64,000 bases of DNA from an uncultured Chloroflexia bacterium. GTDB taxonomy: Bacteria; Chloroflexota; Limnocylindria; Limnocylindrales; CSP1-4. The notes beneath the pieces were generated by a model. The model was not told the origin of the DNA. It ran no database searches and saw nothing but the letters and a program-made list of their open reading frames with translations. How positions within the stretch are numbered: the stretch's first letter is position 1; every line of letters starts with the position of its first letter. Shown one piece after another: positions 29,929 through 39,136 of the stretch. Made by a program: the position numbers and the translations under genes. The stretch covers positions 1,248,001 through 1,312,000 of the forward strand of contig CAWFXA010000002.1 of assembly GCA_963819655.1 (NCBI GenBank). Direction: 5' to 3'.

Positions 29929-31332
29929 TCAGCCCTCCGATTCGGGGTCGCGCGCAGCCACGGTGAGCTCGCCTGGAGCTTCGTTCGTCACGCGTGCGCT
30001 GAAGCCAGGCAACGTGGCGATGCCGTCGGCAAGCCCGAGATCGGGTTCGTGGGTGACCGCGAAGACGAACTCACCGTCCGGGCCAGACGACACGCCGACC
30101 GAACGGACGCCGTTCACGCGGGCCAGGTTGCGCTTGAAGCCTGCGATGCTCGCCACGCTGACGAGGCCGGTCACGACCACACGGGTCGTCGCGACGTCGG
30201 CGGTCGTGGAGTGGTCCTCGGCGACGAGTCCGGCCAGCCGGGCCGCCAGGGCGTCCTCGGCGATCGTCGGGATCTCGTCATCTGGGTTGGCCGTCTCGGC
30301 CGGGAAGGCGGCGGCCTCGGCCTCCGCGGCAGCGAAGTCCTGCTCGATGCCCAGCGCGGTGAGCCGCGGGTCGGCTTCGGCGGCCGGCGCCTGCTCCTCG
30401 GCGGAGATGCCGAACAGGTCTCCGCTGTCGGGCTGTCCCCATTCGTTGTTCGTCTCGACCGGAGCCTCAGGCATGGCCTCGACCGGCCCCGGCTCGGCGA
30501 CGACTTCCGCGGCCGGTGCGTCGGCGGGTGCCGCGACGACCTCGGTCGACTCGGCCGGCACCTCTGCCACCGGAACCTCGAAGACCGGCGGTTCCACGGC
30601 GGCCGTCGTCTCCTGGATGGCGCTCGTCCCCGTCCACGCCTCATCGGCATCGAAGGGCGGGGGCTCGGGGAGGGTCTCGGCCATCGACGCGAAACGCGTC
30701 GGGTCGTCCTCGGCCAAGAGGCGCTCGAAGAACCTGGCCATGTCGGCCTCGAAGGACGCGACGCGCGCCTGCACTCGCTCGATGCGGCCCTCGATCTCGG
30801 CGGCGTGCGCCTCGATCTCGCGCTCGAGCTTTTCCTTGCGATGGGTCACGCGCTCGTCGGTCTCCTCGCGGATCCGCGCGATCTCGGCCTTGGACCACTC
30901 GCGGATCGCGGCGATGTCGTCATCGGCCTTCTTGCGCAGCCCGGTCGCCTCGTCAGACGTGCTGGCGTGGATGCTCTCGATGTGCGCCTTCGCCTCGGCC
31001 GAGAACCGCTCGAGCGTGTCGGCGCGCGCCGCCTCGGCCGCGACCTGCATGGCCTTGGTGAGGTCGGCCATGAACTTGTTGGCCTTGCGCGTCGGGGCCG
31101 CAGCCGGGGTCGCGCCGGTGGCCTGGTTCGGCACGGCCGGATCCTCGTGGACCGCCTCGTTGGACGGGGTCGGCGCGGTCTCGATCATCGTCGGTGTCTC
31201 GCTCTCGCTCTGCGGCTGGGACTGATCCACGGCGGGCTGATCGGCCTGGGATGCGTCAGCCTGCTCGTCGGACTCGGTCCGGTCCGTGCTCCATGGGAGG
31301 CGGAAGCCGCTCTTCGCGTCGGTCGATGCCAT
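29929..31332 (-). CDS. Acidic coiled-coil protein with small C-terminal alpha/beta domain
   Basis: Heptad A/E/R-rich core, Pro/Ala/Glu linker, C-terminal TRVVVTGLVSVASIAGFKRNLARVNGV; GAGGA upstream of ATG 31332. Confidence 0.75.
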   Translation of the reverse strand: MASTDAKSGFRLPWSTDRTESDEQADASQADQPAVDQSQPQSESETPTMIETAPTPSNEAVHEDPAVPNQATGATPAAAPTRKANKFMADLTKAMQVAAEAARADTLERFSAEAKAHIESIHASTSDEATGLRKKADDDIAAIREWSKAEIARIREETDERVTHRKEKLEREIEAHAAEIEGRIERVQARVASFEADMARFFERLLAEDDPTRFASMAETLPEPPPFDADEAWTGTSAIQETTAAVEPPVFEVPVAEVPAESTEVVAAPADAPAAEVVAEPGPVEAMPEAPVETNNEWGQPDSGDLFGISAEEQAPAAEADPRLTALGIEQDFAAAEAEAAAFPAETANPDDEIPTIAEDALAARLAGLVAEDHSTTADVATTRVVVTGLVSVASIAGFKRNLARVNGVRSVGVSSGPDGEFVFAVTHEPDLGLADGIATLPGFSARVTNEAPGELTVAARDPESEG

Positions 31333-31512
31333 GCGTGGATCCTCGTCGGGATAGGTAGGCGCTTCGGGGCGTGGAGGCATCGTGCCAGCGGGGTTTGGTG
31401 CGGTGGAGTCCGCTAGTGGTACCAGCGGTGTACGCCGGTGGTACCGCCGGAGCGCCCGTACCTCGTGCCGGTGTGCTGGTGCAACGCAGTTCGGCGCTAC
31501 GATGGGCGCTCG

Positions 31513-32562
31513 ATGAATGCCCCTGAGACCGCTCTCCCAGCCGCCCAGCCGCTCGATCTCCTGGGCCGGCCGCTGCACGACCTGCGCATCTCGGTCACCG
31601 ACCGGTGCAACTTCCGTTGCACATACTGCATGCCGAAGGAGATCTTCGGGCGCGACTATGCGTTCCTTCCCAAGGACCAGGTCCTGACGTTCGAGGAGAT
31701 CCACCGGGCAGCCGGCGCGTTCGTGGGTCTGGGCGTCGAGAAGCTCCGGATCACGGGCGGCGAGCCACTCGTTCGGCGTGGGCTGCCGGAGCTGATCCGA
31801 ATGCTGGCGGGCCTGCGCACCCCGGATGGTCGCGAGCTCGACCTCACGCTGACGACGAACGGTGCCGCTTTGCGGGCGCTCGCTCGACCGCTGCGCGACG
31901 CGGGTCTGCGACGCGTGACGGTCAGCCTGGACTCCCTCGACGACGCAGTGTTCGGCGCGATGAACGGTGTGGAGTTCCCGGTCGCGAAGGTGCTCGACGG
32001 GATCGACGCGGCGCGCGAAGCCGGCCTGGACCCGATCAAGGTCAACATGGTCGTCCGACGCGGTGTCAACGAGTCGTCGGTCGTGCCGATGGCGCGCTGG
32101 GCGCGCGACACAGGCGTCACGCTCCGGTTCATCGAGTACATGGATGTCGGCCATTCGAACGGCTGGCGGTTGGACGAGGTCGTGCCGGCGGCGGAGCTCA
32201 TCGACACGGTGACCGGCGTCTGGCCCGCTGCGCCGGTCGACGCCGGCTATCGCGGTGAGGTCGCCGGCCGCTGGCGGTACGCGGATCTGCGCGGCGAGTT
32301 CGGGATCATCTCGTCGGTCACGCGGCCGTTCTGCCGCGACTGCACGCGGGCCCGCCTGTCGGCCGACGGCAAGCTGTACACATGCCTGTTCGCCGTGAGC
32401 GGGCGCGACGTCCGGGCGGTCCTCCGCGACGGCTCGTCCGACGAGGCGCTGGTGACGTTCCTCGCCGAGACATGGCGCGCCAGGGACGACCGCTACTCGG
32501 AGCTGCGCGCACAGTCGACGTCCGATCTGCCGAAGATCGAGATGTTCGCGATGGGCGGCTGA
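31513..32562 (+). CDS. moaA: GTP 3',8-cyclase
   Basis: LRISVTDRCNFRCTYC radical SAM motif, FCRDCTRARL..C, C-terminal GG. Confidence 0.96.
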   Translation: MNAPETALPAAQPLDLLGRPLHDLRISVTDRCNFRCTYCMPKEIFGRDYAFLPKDQVLTFEEIHRAAGAFVGLGVEKLRITGGEPLVRRGLPELIRMLAGLRTPDGRELDLTLTTNGAALRALARPLRDAGLRRVTVSLDSLDDAVFGAMNGVEFPVAKVLDGIDAAREAGLDPIKVNMVVRRGVNESSVVPMARWARDTGVTLRFIEYMDVGHSNGWRLDEVVPAAELIDTVTGVWPAAPVDAGYRGEVAGRWRYADLRGEFGIISSVTRPFCRDCTRARLSADGKLYTCLFAVSGRDVRAVLRDGSSDEALVTFLAETWRARDDRYSELRAQSTSDLPKIEMFAMGG

Positions 32563-32589
32563 GCGCCGCCCGGCGCCCCCGACCCCCGT

Positions 32590-32676
32590 TCATCCACAGG
32601 GTTATCCACACGCCGGCCACAGCCCGGATATTCCCGTGGACAGCCGTCACGAGATCGGTCCGATGTTCGTGGATAA
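32590..32676. promoter_or_regulatory. DnaA-box cluster
   Basis: TCATCCACA 32590, perfect TTATCCACA 32602, reverse TTATCCACG 32668-32676, weak reverse CTGTCCACG 32635-32643. Confidence 0.7.
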
Positions 32677-32681
32677 GCGCG

Positions 32682-32711
32682 TTGACCGTCGGTTGAGCCG
32701 GCCGATACCGT
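32682..32711 (+). promoter_or_regulatory. Sigma70-type promoter adjacent to the DnaA boxes
   Basis: TTGACC-18 nt-TACCGT. Confidence 0.5.
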
Positions 32712-32792
32712 AGGTCTTGCCCGAAGGGGCCGACAGGACGCAGAAACCGAGATCACATCAAGGGCCTTCGTCCGCCGCCGGTCGCTTCGGGC

Positions 32793-32906
32793 GCTTCGTT
32801 GCCCGCGGTCGCGCGGCCGTCTCACCGCGGCCCCGTCCACGGGAAGGCGCCCGACGGGACGCGATCGGCATCCCGGTGTCGATACTTCCGTCGGGCGCGA
32901 CGAAGC
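32793..32906 (+). ncRNA. Structured RNA candidate (multibranch)
   Basis: Closing stem GCTTCGT/ACGAAGC enclosing CCGCGGT/ACCGCGG, CCCG/CGGG and the long stem GCGCCCGACGGG/TCCGTCGGGCGC with inner ATCGGCAT/GTGTCGAT. Confidence 0.4.
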
Positions 32907-32919
32907 CTCCCCCCGTTCC

Positions 32920-32950
32920 GGCCACCCCGGCCACCCCGGCCACCCCGGCC
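32920..32950 (+). repeat. 9-bp tandem repeat GGCCACCCC x3
   Basis: Directly visible. Confidence 0.8.
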
Positions 32951-32982
32951 TGTCATGCTGGCCACCCATGCCGGAGGCCGCC

Positions 32983-33876
32983 ATGTCTGATGCCGCCACT
33001 GTGACCCTCGACCCCAGCCAGCCGATTCCCCCGAGCGCCCAACCAGAGCGCATCGCCGCGTTGGTCGCCGCCGTGCGTGACAGGACGAACGTCGTGCCGG
33101 ACGTCGGGATCGTGCTCGGGTCGGGATTGGGCGGCCTCGCGGACGAGCTGGAAGCGCCGGTGGCGATCCCGTTCGACGTCCTGCCGGGTTGGCCGGCGGC
33201 GACAGCCCCGGGGCACGTGGGCAGGCTCCTGGTCGGGCGCCTCGGCGGTCGCCCGGTGGTGATGCTTCAGGGCCGGTTCCACCTCTACGAGGGAAACGCT
33301 CCAGGCTTGGTCGTCCAGCCGGTGCTGCTCTTCCGCGCCCTTGGAGCCCGGATCGTGGTGCTGACGAACGCAGCCGGGGGGCTGGATCCGTCCTTCGGTC
33401 CCGGGACGCTCATGATCCTGAACGATCACATCAACCTGACCGGGCGGTCGCCGCTGATCGGCCGCAACGCCGACACACTCGGCCCGCGCTTCCCGGACAT
33501 GACCGAGGCCTGGAGCCCGCGGCTCCGGACACGCCTGCACGCCGCTGCGGCTGACGAGGGCGTCGACGTCCGCGAGGGCGTCTATGTCGGCCTCGCCGGC
33601 CCGAGCTACGAGACGCCGGCCGAGGTGCGGATGCTGGCCGCACTCGGGGGTGACGCGGTCGGCATGTCGACCGTCCTCGAATGCATCGCTGCCCGCTGGG
33701 TCGGCCTCGAGGTCTGCGGGGTGTCGCTGGTCACCAACGCCGGGGCGGGGTACAGCGGCGAGCTGCTGACCCATGAGGAGGTCCTCGAAGCGGGCTCTGT
33801 CGCCGGTCCCCGGCTCGCCCGCGTGATCCGCCGCTTCGTGACCGACCTGGGCGATGAGGCGGTGGGGGCCGGATGA
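32983..33876 (+). CDS. punA: Purine-nucleoside phosphorylase (trimeric type)
   Basis: IVLGSGLG, GHVG, QGRFHLYEG, LTNAAGG, DHIN, GPSYETPAE, VGMSTVLE, SLVTN; GGAGG RBS. Confidence 0.94.
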   Translation: MSDAATVTLDPSQPIPPSAQPERIAALVAAVRDRTNVVPDVGIVLGSGLGGLADELEAPVAIPFDVLPGWPAATAPGHVGRLLVGRLGGRPVVMLQGRFHLYEGNAPGLVVQPVLLFRALGARIVVLTNAAGGLDPSFGPGTLMILNDHINLTGRSPLIGRNADTLGPRFPDMTEAWSPRLRTRLHAAAADEGVDVREGVYVGLAGPSYETPAEVRMLAALGGDAVGMSTVLECIAARWVGLEVCGVSLVTNAGAGYSGELLTHEEVLEAGSVAGPRLARVIRRFVTDLGDEAVGAG

Positions 33877-35003
33877 CGGCCCGAGGGTCGGCGCCGGTGC
33901 TCAGCCGGCGCGTCCTGAACAGGACGCTCCTGGCGCGACAGCTGCTGCTCGAGCGCGTCGATCGGCCGGTGGTGGAGGTGATCGAGCATCTCGTCGGGAT
34001 GCAGGCGCAGGAGCCGCCCGATCCGTACGTCGGCCTGTGGTCGCGCATCGCCGGCTTCGACCCGCAGGACCTGAGCCGCCTGATCGAGGAGCGCGGGGCC
34101 GTCCGGATGGGGCACCTGCGCGGCACGCTGCACCTCGTGACGGCGCGCGACGCCACGGCGCAGTACCCGATCCTCGCCGACGTCATGGCCCGCTCGTGGC
34201 GCAGCAGCCCGTTCGTGAAGCGACTCGTCGGCGTCGACATGGATGCGGTGATCGCGCGCGCGCGCGAAGTGCTGGAAGAACGGCCGCGGACGCCGAGTGA
34301 GCTCGGTGCGGCACTCGCGCCGGGATGGCCCGACCGCGATGCCACGTCGCTGGCGTACGCCGCCAGGTTCCTGCTGCCGCTCGTTCAGGTCACGCCCCGC
34401 GGCCTGTGGCAGAAGACGGGCCGACCGACCAACACCACTGCGGAGGCGTGGCTGGGCCGTGGGATGGACCCGACCCCGAGCGTCGATGGCCTCATCCTGC
34501 GCTACCTGGCGGCCTTCGGGCCGGCGACGGTGAGCGACATGCGGGTCTGGTCGTGGCTGACCGGCCTGCGCGAGGTCGTGGAGCGCCTGCGCCCGAGGCT
34601 GCGGACGTTCCAGGACGAGGGAGGCCGCGAGTTGTTCGACGTGCCGGACGGCCTGATCGCGGACGCGGGCCTGCCTGCCCCGGTCCGGTTCCTGCCCTTC
34701 TACGACAACGTCATCCTGTCGCACGACGACCGATCAAGGATCCTGACGGCAGGACTGACCATCAACGAGTTGACGTGGAAGGGCGGGGTCCTCGTCGACG
34801 GGTTCATTTGCGCGGGGTGGCGCGTGAACCGTGACGGCGGCGGCAAGGCCCGCGGCGGTCGCACCGCCACGAACATGGTGACACTGTACGCCCCGGTCAC
34901 GGGCGCCCAGCGTGCCGAGATCGAGGAGGAGGCCGGGCGCGTCCTGGCCTTCGTGGCGGGCGACGCGGAGAGCCGCCGGGTCGAGCTGGTCGACGCCGGC
35001 TAG
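33873..35003 (+). CDS. AlkZ-like winged-helix DNA glycosylase (HTH_42)
   Basis: LNRTLLARQLLL, GMQAQE (QxQ), LWSR, RGTLHLV, RYLAAFGPAT, FLPFYDN. Confidence 0.88.
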   Translation: MTARGSAPVLSRRVLNRTLLARQLLLERVDRPVVEVIEHLVGMQAQEPPDPYVGLWSRIAGFDPQDLSRLIEERGAVRMGHLRGTLHLVTARDATAQYPILADVMARSWRSSPFVKRLVGVDMDAVIARAREVLEERPRTPSELGAALAPGWPDRDATSLAYAARFLLPLVQVTPRGLWQKTGRPTNTTAEAWLGRGMDPTPSVDGLILRYLAAFGPATVSDMRVWSWLTGLREVVERLRPRLRTFQDEGGRELFDVPDGLIADAGLPAPVRFLPFYDNVILSHDDRSRILTAGLTINELTWKGGVLVDGFICAGWRVNRDGGGKARGGRTATNMVTLYAPVTGAQRAEIEEEAGRVLAFVAGDAESRRVELVDAG

Positions 35004-35020
35004 TCCGATCCGTGACAGGG

Positions 35021-35098
35021 CGCGCGACGGCCTCGCGACGGCCGCGCGACGCCCGAGCGACGGCCGCGCCGACAGCCGCGCCGACCGCCGCGCCGACC
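35021..35098 (+). repeat. Degenerate 11-12 bp tandem repeats (about 7 units)
   Basis: CGCGCGACGGC-like x4 then CGCGCCGAC(A/C)GC-like x3. Confidence 0.7.
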
Positions 35099-35168
35099 TT
35101 TGGTTTTTGATGCCTACCGGCCGCATCAAACACAGCTTCCGGGTCCAGGATGGCGGCCATCGACTCCC

Positions 35169-35358
35169 GGGCGCCACGTTGATCGGTCGTCTGCGGCCAC
35201 CCTGATGCGGCCCATGCGCATCAACAGATGAACGTCGACGCCGGCGCAGAAGATGTGCATCGGGCGCCACGTTGATCGGACGTCTGCGGACTCCCTGATG
35301 CGGCCCATGCGCATCAACCGGTGAACGTCGACGCCGGCGCAGAAGATGTGCATCGGGC
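35169..35358 (+). repeat. 93-bp tandem direct repeat x2 with internal palindromes
   Basis: Units start at 35169 and 35262 (GGGCGCCACGTTGATCGG...GAAGATGTGCATC) with few mismatches; each has TGATGCG-N7-CGCATCA. Confidence 0.92.
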
Positions 35359-35380
35359 TCGTGTGCGTCGTGGCGCCTTT

Positions 35381-35440
35381 GCGCACGGCGCGCCGCCCTC
35401 GCGCACGGCGCGCCGCCCTCGCGCCCGGCGCGGCGCCGTC
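35381..35440 (+). repeat. 20-bp tandem repeat x3
   Basis: GCGCACGGCGCGCCGCCCTC x2 perfect plus one degenerate copy. Confidence 0.85.
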
Positions 35441-35458
35441 GCCCGCGGCGCGAAACCC

Positions 35459-36319
35459 TCAGGTCTGTGGCAGCTCCCTGCCGGCCGCGCGCGCAGCCGC
35501 CGCCTTCTCGGCCCACGCGCCAAGGACGCTGTCCTTGTGGGGCCGGATCGGGCAGTGCTCGTCGCGGTTGCCGAACTCGTCGCAGTACCCCAGCGGCACG
35601 CACTTCGGCGCCAGGAACGAGCCCAGGAACGGCGACACTGTGAAGATCTGCTGGCGGATCAACTGGAACAGTCTTCGGATCTCCCACTGCGCCATCGTGC
35701 ACAACCGCAAGCCCGACATGTGGATGAGCGCCCGCAGGTTCGCAGTCATGACCAGGTTCGTCCGCGTGGCGTTCGGGAAGACGAACCGCGCATCCTCGCC
35801 GGGCAGCCCAGCCTCAACCATCTCCCCATACAGGTCGAGGGCCCCCGACACCTGCTCCTCGTAGCGACCGCGCAACTCGGGGTCGGCCTCGGCGATCGAG
35901 TGCGGCAGCATGGTCGCGGCGCCCTTGAACTTGACGTAGCGCTGGCTCTGCTGGTCGAACGCGACGCCCGCCCGATGGCGCACGAGTTGGTGGGACAGCG
36001 TCCGCGACACGCCGGTGATCCCGAACGTGAACACGATGTGCTCGATGGTCGAGCCGTGGCCGGACTCGATGACCGACGCGATCAGCTTCTGCATCTTGGC
36101 CGGGTCGAATTCGCCGTCGACCGACTTCCGGAAGATCTCCTCGGGTGGCATCTCCGAGTAGCACGTCCGACACGCGGTGTAGATGATCGGGACGTAGAAC
36201 TTCTCGACGATCTCGCGGTCGGGGAAGAGCAACGTGGCCGTCATCCCGAGTTCGCGCCGCCCGGGGTTCTTGGGGATGCCCGTCTTCGGGCGGGGCGCTG
36301 GGATCGGCTCGGCGGTCAT
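35459..36319 (-). CDS. thyX: FAD-dependent thymidylate synthase
   Basis: GHGSTIEH, SRTLSHQLVRHR..SQRY signature, EDARFVFPNAT, AQWEIR. Confidence 0.95.
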   Translation of the reverse strand: MTAEPIPAPRPKTGIPKNPGRRELGMTATLLFPDREIVEKFYVPIIYTACRTCYSEMPPEEIFRKSVDGEFDPAKMQKLIASVIESGHGSTIEHIVFTFGITGVSRTLSHQLVRHRAGVAFDQQSQRYVKFKGAATMLPHSIAEADPELRGRYEEQVSGALDLYGEMVEAGLPGEDARFVFPNATRTNLVMTANLRALIHMSGLRLCTMAQWEIRRLFQLIRQQIFTVSPFLGSFLAPKCVPLGYCDEFGNRDEHCPIRPHKDSVLGAWAEKAAAARAAGRELPQT

Positions 36320-36368
36320 CGACGGCCAGTCTATCGGACTCAGTAGTAGTCCGAGCAGGATGACTCGA

Positions 36369-39116
36369 TCATGATCCGACCTCAAGGTGCGCCGCGGGCG
36401 GGACACCTTCGGAAACCCCAAGGGCATACGCGACGACCTCGTCGAGTGACATCGCCGCCCCTTCGGCGGCCAGGACCCCCAACTCCTCGGGCGAGAGGAC
36501 CTGTGGTGGGGTCGACACGCCGAAGAGCATCTGCGTGTGCTCGACGTAGTCGGCAAGCTCCGTGCCCGTCCGCCGCTGGAAGTGGCGGGCCGCGCCCCAC
36601 AGCCGTCCCGCCCGCTCGAAGTCCTCGAGACCCGTCGCGATGATCGACAGGTCGTCGAGGACGAGGATCACGCCAGAGACATCGCCGGCCTCGTAGAAAT
36701 GCTGAAGGGCCTGACGGGCCAACTCGGTCGCCTCCTCCCAACGGCGCTGACCGGTGACCGACAGGCCGAGCATGTGGAGCGACCACGCCTCCATCGTTCG
36801 GTTGCCGGCCACGCGATGCATCTCGAGGGCCTTGCGATACCAGTCCTCTGCCTGCGGCGCGTCGGCACCGAAGTAGTAGAAGCTGCCAAGGCCCCATACC
36901 ACGTTGGCCTCGCCATTGGCATCGCCGATCTCCCGGTAGAGCTCCAGCGCTGCCTCAAGTCGGGCCCGTCCCTCCCTGACCTTCGGCGTCGCCGGACCGC
37001 CACGCATGATCTCGATGGCATCGGCGTAGGAGCGGTTATACAAGGCATTCGCGATCTCGCCCTTGTCCCCGAGCTCACGCCAGATGTCGAGCGCTTCCTG
37101 GTACCAGCGTGTCGAAGCGACCTCGTCCGACTGCCAGTAGGCGATGCCACCGGTGGCCTCCGCGAACCGGGCGCGGTCGACCGGCTCGAGGTCCCAGCCC
37201 TGCGCCGCCATCGCCTCGATGCGGGACCGCCCCTCGTTGAGGTATCCGCGCTGTTGCCAGAAGCGCCACAGGGCGAATGCAAGGCGTGCCCCGAGGGTCG
37301 GTTCGGGGCGGGCCGTCGCCCAGTCGAGCGCCGCCCGAAGGTTGTCGTGCTCTCGTTCCAGTCGCTCCAGCCACACGCGCTGCTCCGCGCCCGACAGGTG
37401 GGGTGCCGCCAGCTGCGCCAGGTCCAGCATCGCCGCCGCGTGCCGTGCCGCCATAACATCGGACTCGCCCCGTTGCTGCAGCATCTCGGCGGCGTATTCA
37501 CGGATGGTCTCCAGCATCGCGAAGCGCGGTTCGTCGGTCGTCTCGTCGAGACGGACGAGGCTCTGGTCGAGAAGCTCGCCGATGAGCTCGACGACGTCGC
37601 CGCCGATCTCGTCCGACGGGCCGCACACTGTCTCGGCCATCTCCAGGTCGAAGCCGCCGCGAAAGACCGACAGCCGGTCGACCAGTCGCCGCGCTCCGTC
37701 GTCGAGCAGGTCGTAGCTCCAGGCGATCGCGCCGCGCAGCGTCTGCTGGCGTTCCGGGACGTCGCGGGATCCGACCGTCAGCAGCTCGAGGTGATGCTCG
37801 AGCCGCGCCAGGATCTGGTCCGGCGTCAGGAGCTTGACCCGCGCCGCGGCGAGCTCGATGGCCAGCGGCATGCCCTGCAGACGCGCCGCGATCCCGGCCA
37901 CCGCGGGCGCGTTGGCGTTCGTGACGGCGAAGGCCGGGCGGACGGCGGTCGCCCGCGTGATGAACAGCCGGACCGCCTCGAACTGGGTCAGTGCCTCGAG
38001 ATCGAACTCGCGCAGGGCGCGCGGCAGGTTCAAGCGTTCGACCGCGGACAGGCGGCTGGTGTCGGGCGGTGCGGGCATGCCCGGCACCGGGTACTCCTGC
38101 TCGCCCGAGATCCGGAGCGGGATGCGCGTTGTGACGAGACATCTCACGTTCGGGCAGCGCCGCAGGAGGTCGGCGACATCCGGGCCCGCCTCCGTCACCT
38201 GCTCGAAGTTGTCGAGGACGAGCAGGACCCGCCGATCGCCGATCTCGGCGGCGACACGGTCGACTGCGCTTTGCGATTGGTTGTCGGCGAGGCCGAGGGT
38301 CCGCGCGATCGACGGCGCAACCAACGTCGGGTCGCGCACCGCGTCGAGTGCCACGAACCAGATCCCGTCAGGGAAGTCATCCGCCGCTGACGCCGCGACG
38401 TGGAGCGACAGCCGGGTCTTGCCCGTGCCGCCCGGACCCGTAAGGCTCAACAGCCGCGTCGTGCGCAGCAGTCCAGCCGCCTCAGCGAGCTCGCGCTCGC
38501 GCCCGACGAAGGTCGTGAGTTGCGTCGGGAGGTTGTTGGGTCGCGCATCGAGCGACCGGAGAGCGGGGAAATCGCCTGGCAGGCCCTCGACGACGAGCTG
38601 GGTCAGCCGCTCGGGCTCGCGAAGGTCCTTGAGCCGGTGCGGGCCCATATCGCGCAGGCCGACGTCATCCGGCAGGACGTCCGTCACCAGGGCCCGCGTG
38701 GCGTCGCTGAGCAGGACCTGGCCACCGTGCGCCAGCGCGGCGATGCGAGCCGTCCGATTGATGGCGTAGCCGATGACGTCGCGCCCGATCGACTGTACCT
38801 CGCCCGTGTGGATACCCATCCGCACCCGGACCTCCGTCGCGTCGGCCCACGGCTCCGCCGCGAGCGCGAGCTGAGCATCGGCCGCCGCCGACACGCCATC
38901 GATGGCCCGCCGGAAGAGCACGAAGAACGAGTCTCCTTCGGTCGACTGCTCGTAGCCGTCATGCGCCCGGAACGCCTTGCGCAGGAGCACCCGATGTCGC
39001 TCGAGCACGTCGCGGTAGGGGCCGGTCCCAAGCGCCAGCTCGAGCTTGGTCGACCCTTCGATGTCGGAGAACAGGCACGTGACAGTGCCTGTCGGCGGTC
39101 CCGGGACCTCGCGCAT
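36369..39116 (-). CDS. Class III adenylate/guanylate cyclase - STAND ATPase - TPR protein
   Basis: LFSDIEGST, EGDSFF, RMGIHTG, INRTARI, GGQVLLS; Walker A GPGGTGKT, Walker B LLVLDNFE, GMPLAIELAAAR; C-terminal TPR helices. Confidence 0.93.
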   Translation of the reverse strand: MREVPGPPTGTVTCLFSDIEGSTKLELALGTGPYRDVLERHRVLLRKAFRAHDGYEQSTEGDSFFVLFRRAIDGVSAAADAQLALAAEPWADATEVRVRMGIHTGEVQSIGRDVIGYAINRTARIAALAHGGQVLLSDATRALVTDVLPDDVGLRDMGPHRLKDLREPERLTQLVVEGLPGDFPALRSLDARPNNLPTQLTTFVGRERELAEAAGLLRTTRLLSLTGPGGTGKTRLSLHVAASAADDFPDGIWFVALDAVRDPTLVAPSIARTLGLADNQSQSAVDRVAAEIGDRRVLLVLDNFEQVTEAGPDVADLLRRCPNVRCLVTTRIPLRISGEQEYPVPGMPAPPDTSRLSAVERLNLPRALREFDLEALTQFEAVRLFITRATAVRPAFAVTNANAPAVAGIAARLQGMPLAIELAAARVKLLTPDQILARLEHHLELLTVGSRDVPERQQTLRGAIAWSYDLLDDGARRLVDRLSVFRGGFDLEMAETVCGPSDEIGGDVVELIGELLDQSLVRLDETTDEPRFAMLETIREYAAEMLQQRGESDVMAARHAAAMLDLAQLAAPHLSGAEQRVWLERLEREHDNLRAALDWATARPEPTLGARLAFALWRFWQQRGYLNEGRSRIEAMAAQGWDLEPVDRARFAEATGGIAYWQSDEVASTRWYQEALDIWRELGDKGEIANALYNRSYADAIEIMRGGPATPKVREGRARLEAALELYREIGDANGEANVVWGLGSFYYFGADAPQAEDWYRKALEMHRVAGNRTMEAWSLHMLGLSVTGQRRWEEATELARQALQHFYEAGDVSGVILVLDDLSIIATGLEDFERAGRLWGAARHFQRRTGTELADYVEHTQMLFGVSTPPQVLSPEELGVLAAEGAAMSLDEVVAYALGVSEGVPPAAHLEVGS

Positions 39117-39136
39117 CGGCGTGTCGGGTCGGGTGG

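Noticed and set aside
32826-32850. Cobalamin, purine or c-di-GMP riboswitch
   Set aside because: GGGAAGGC is present, but the other cobalamin core motifs and the purine and c-di-GMP consensus elements are missing.
32563-32982. Chromosomal oriC
   Set aside because: Only 3-4 DnaA boxes, no AT-rich unwinding element and no dnaA/dnaN/rpmH nearby; kept only as a DnaA-box cluster.
35169-35358. CRISPR array
   Set aside because: Only two contiguous 93-bp units, no unique spacers and no cas genes.
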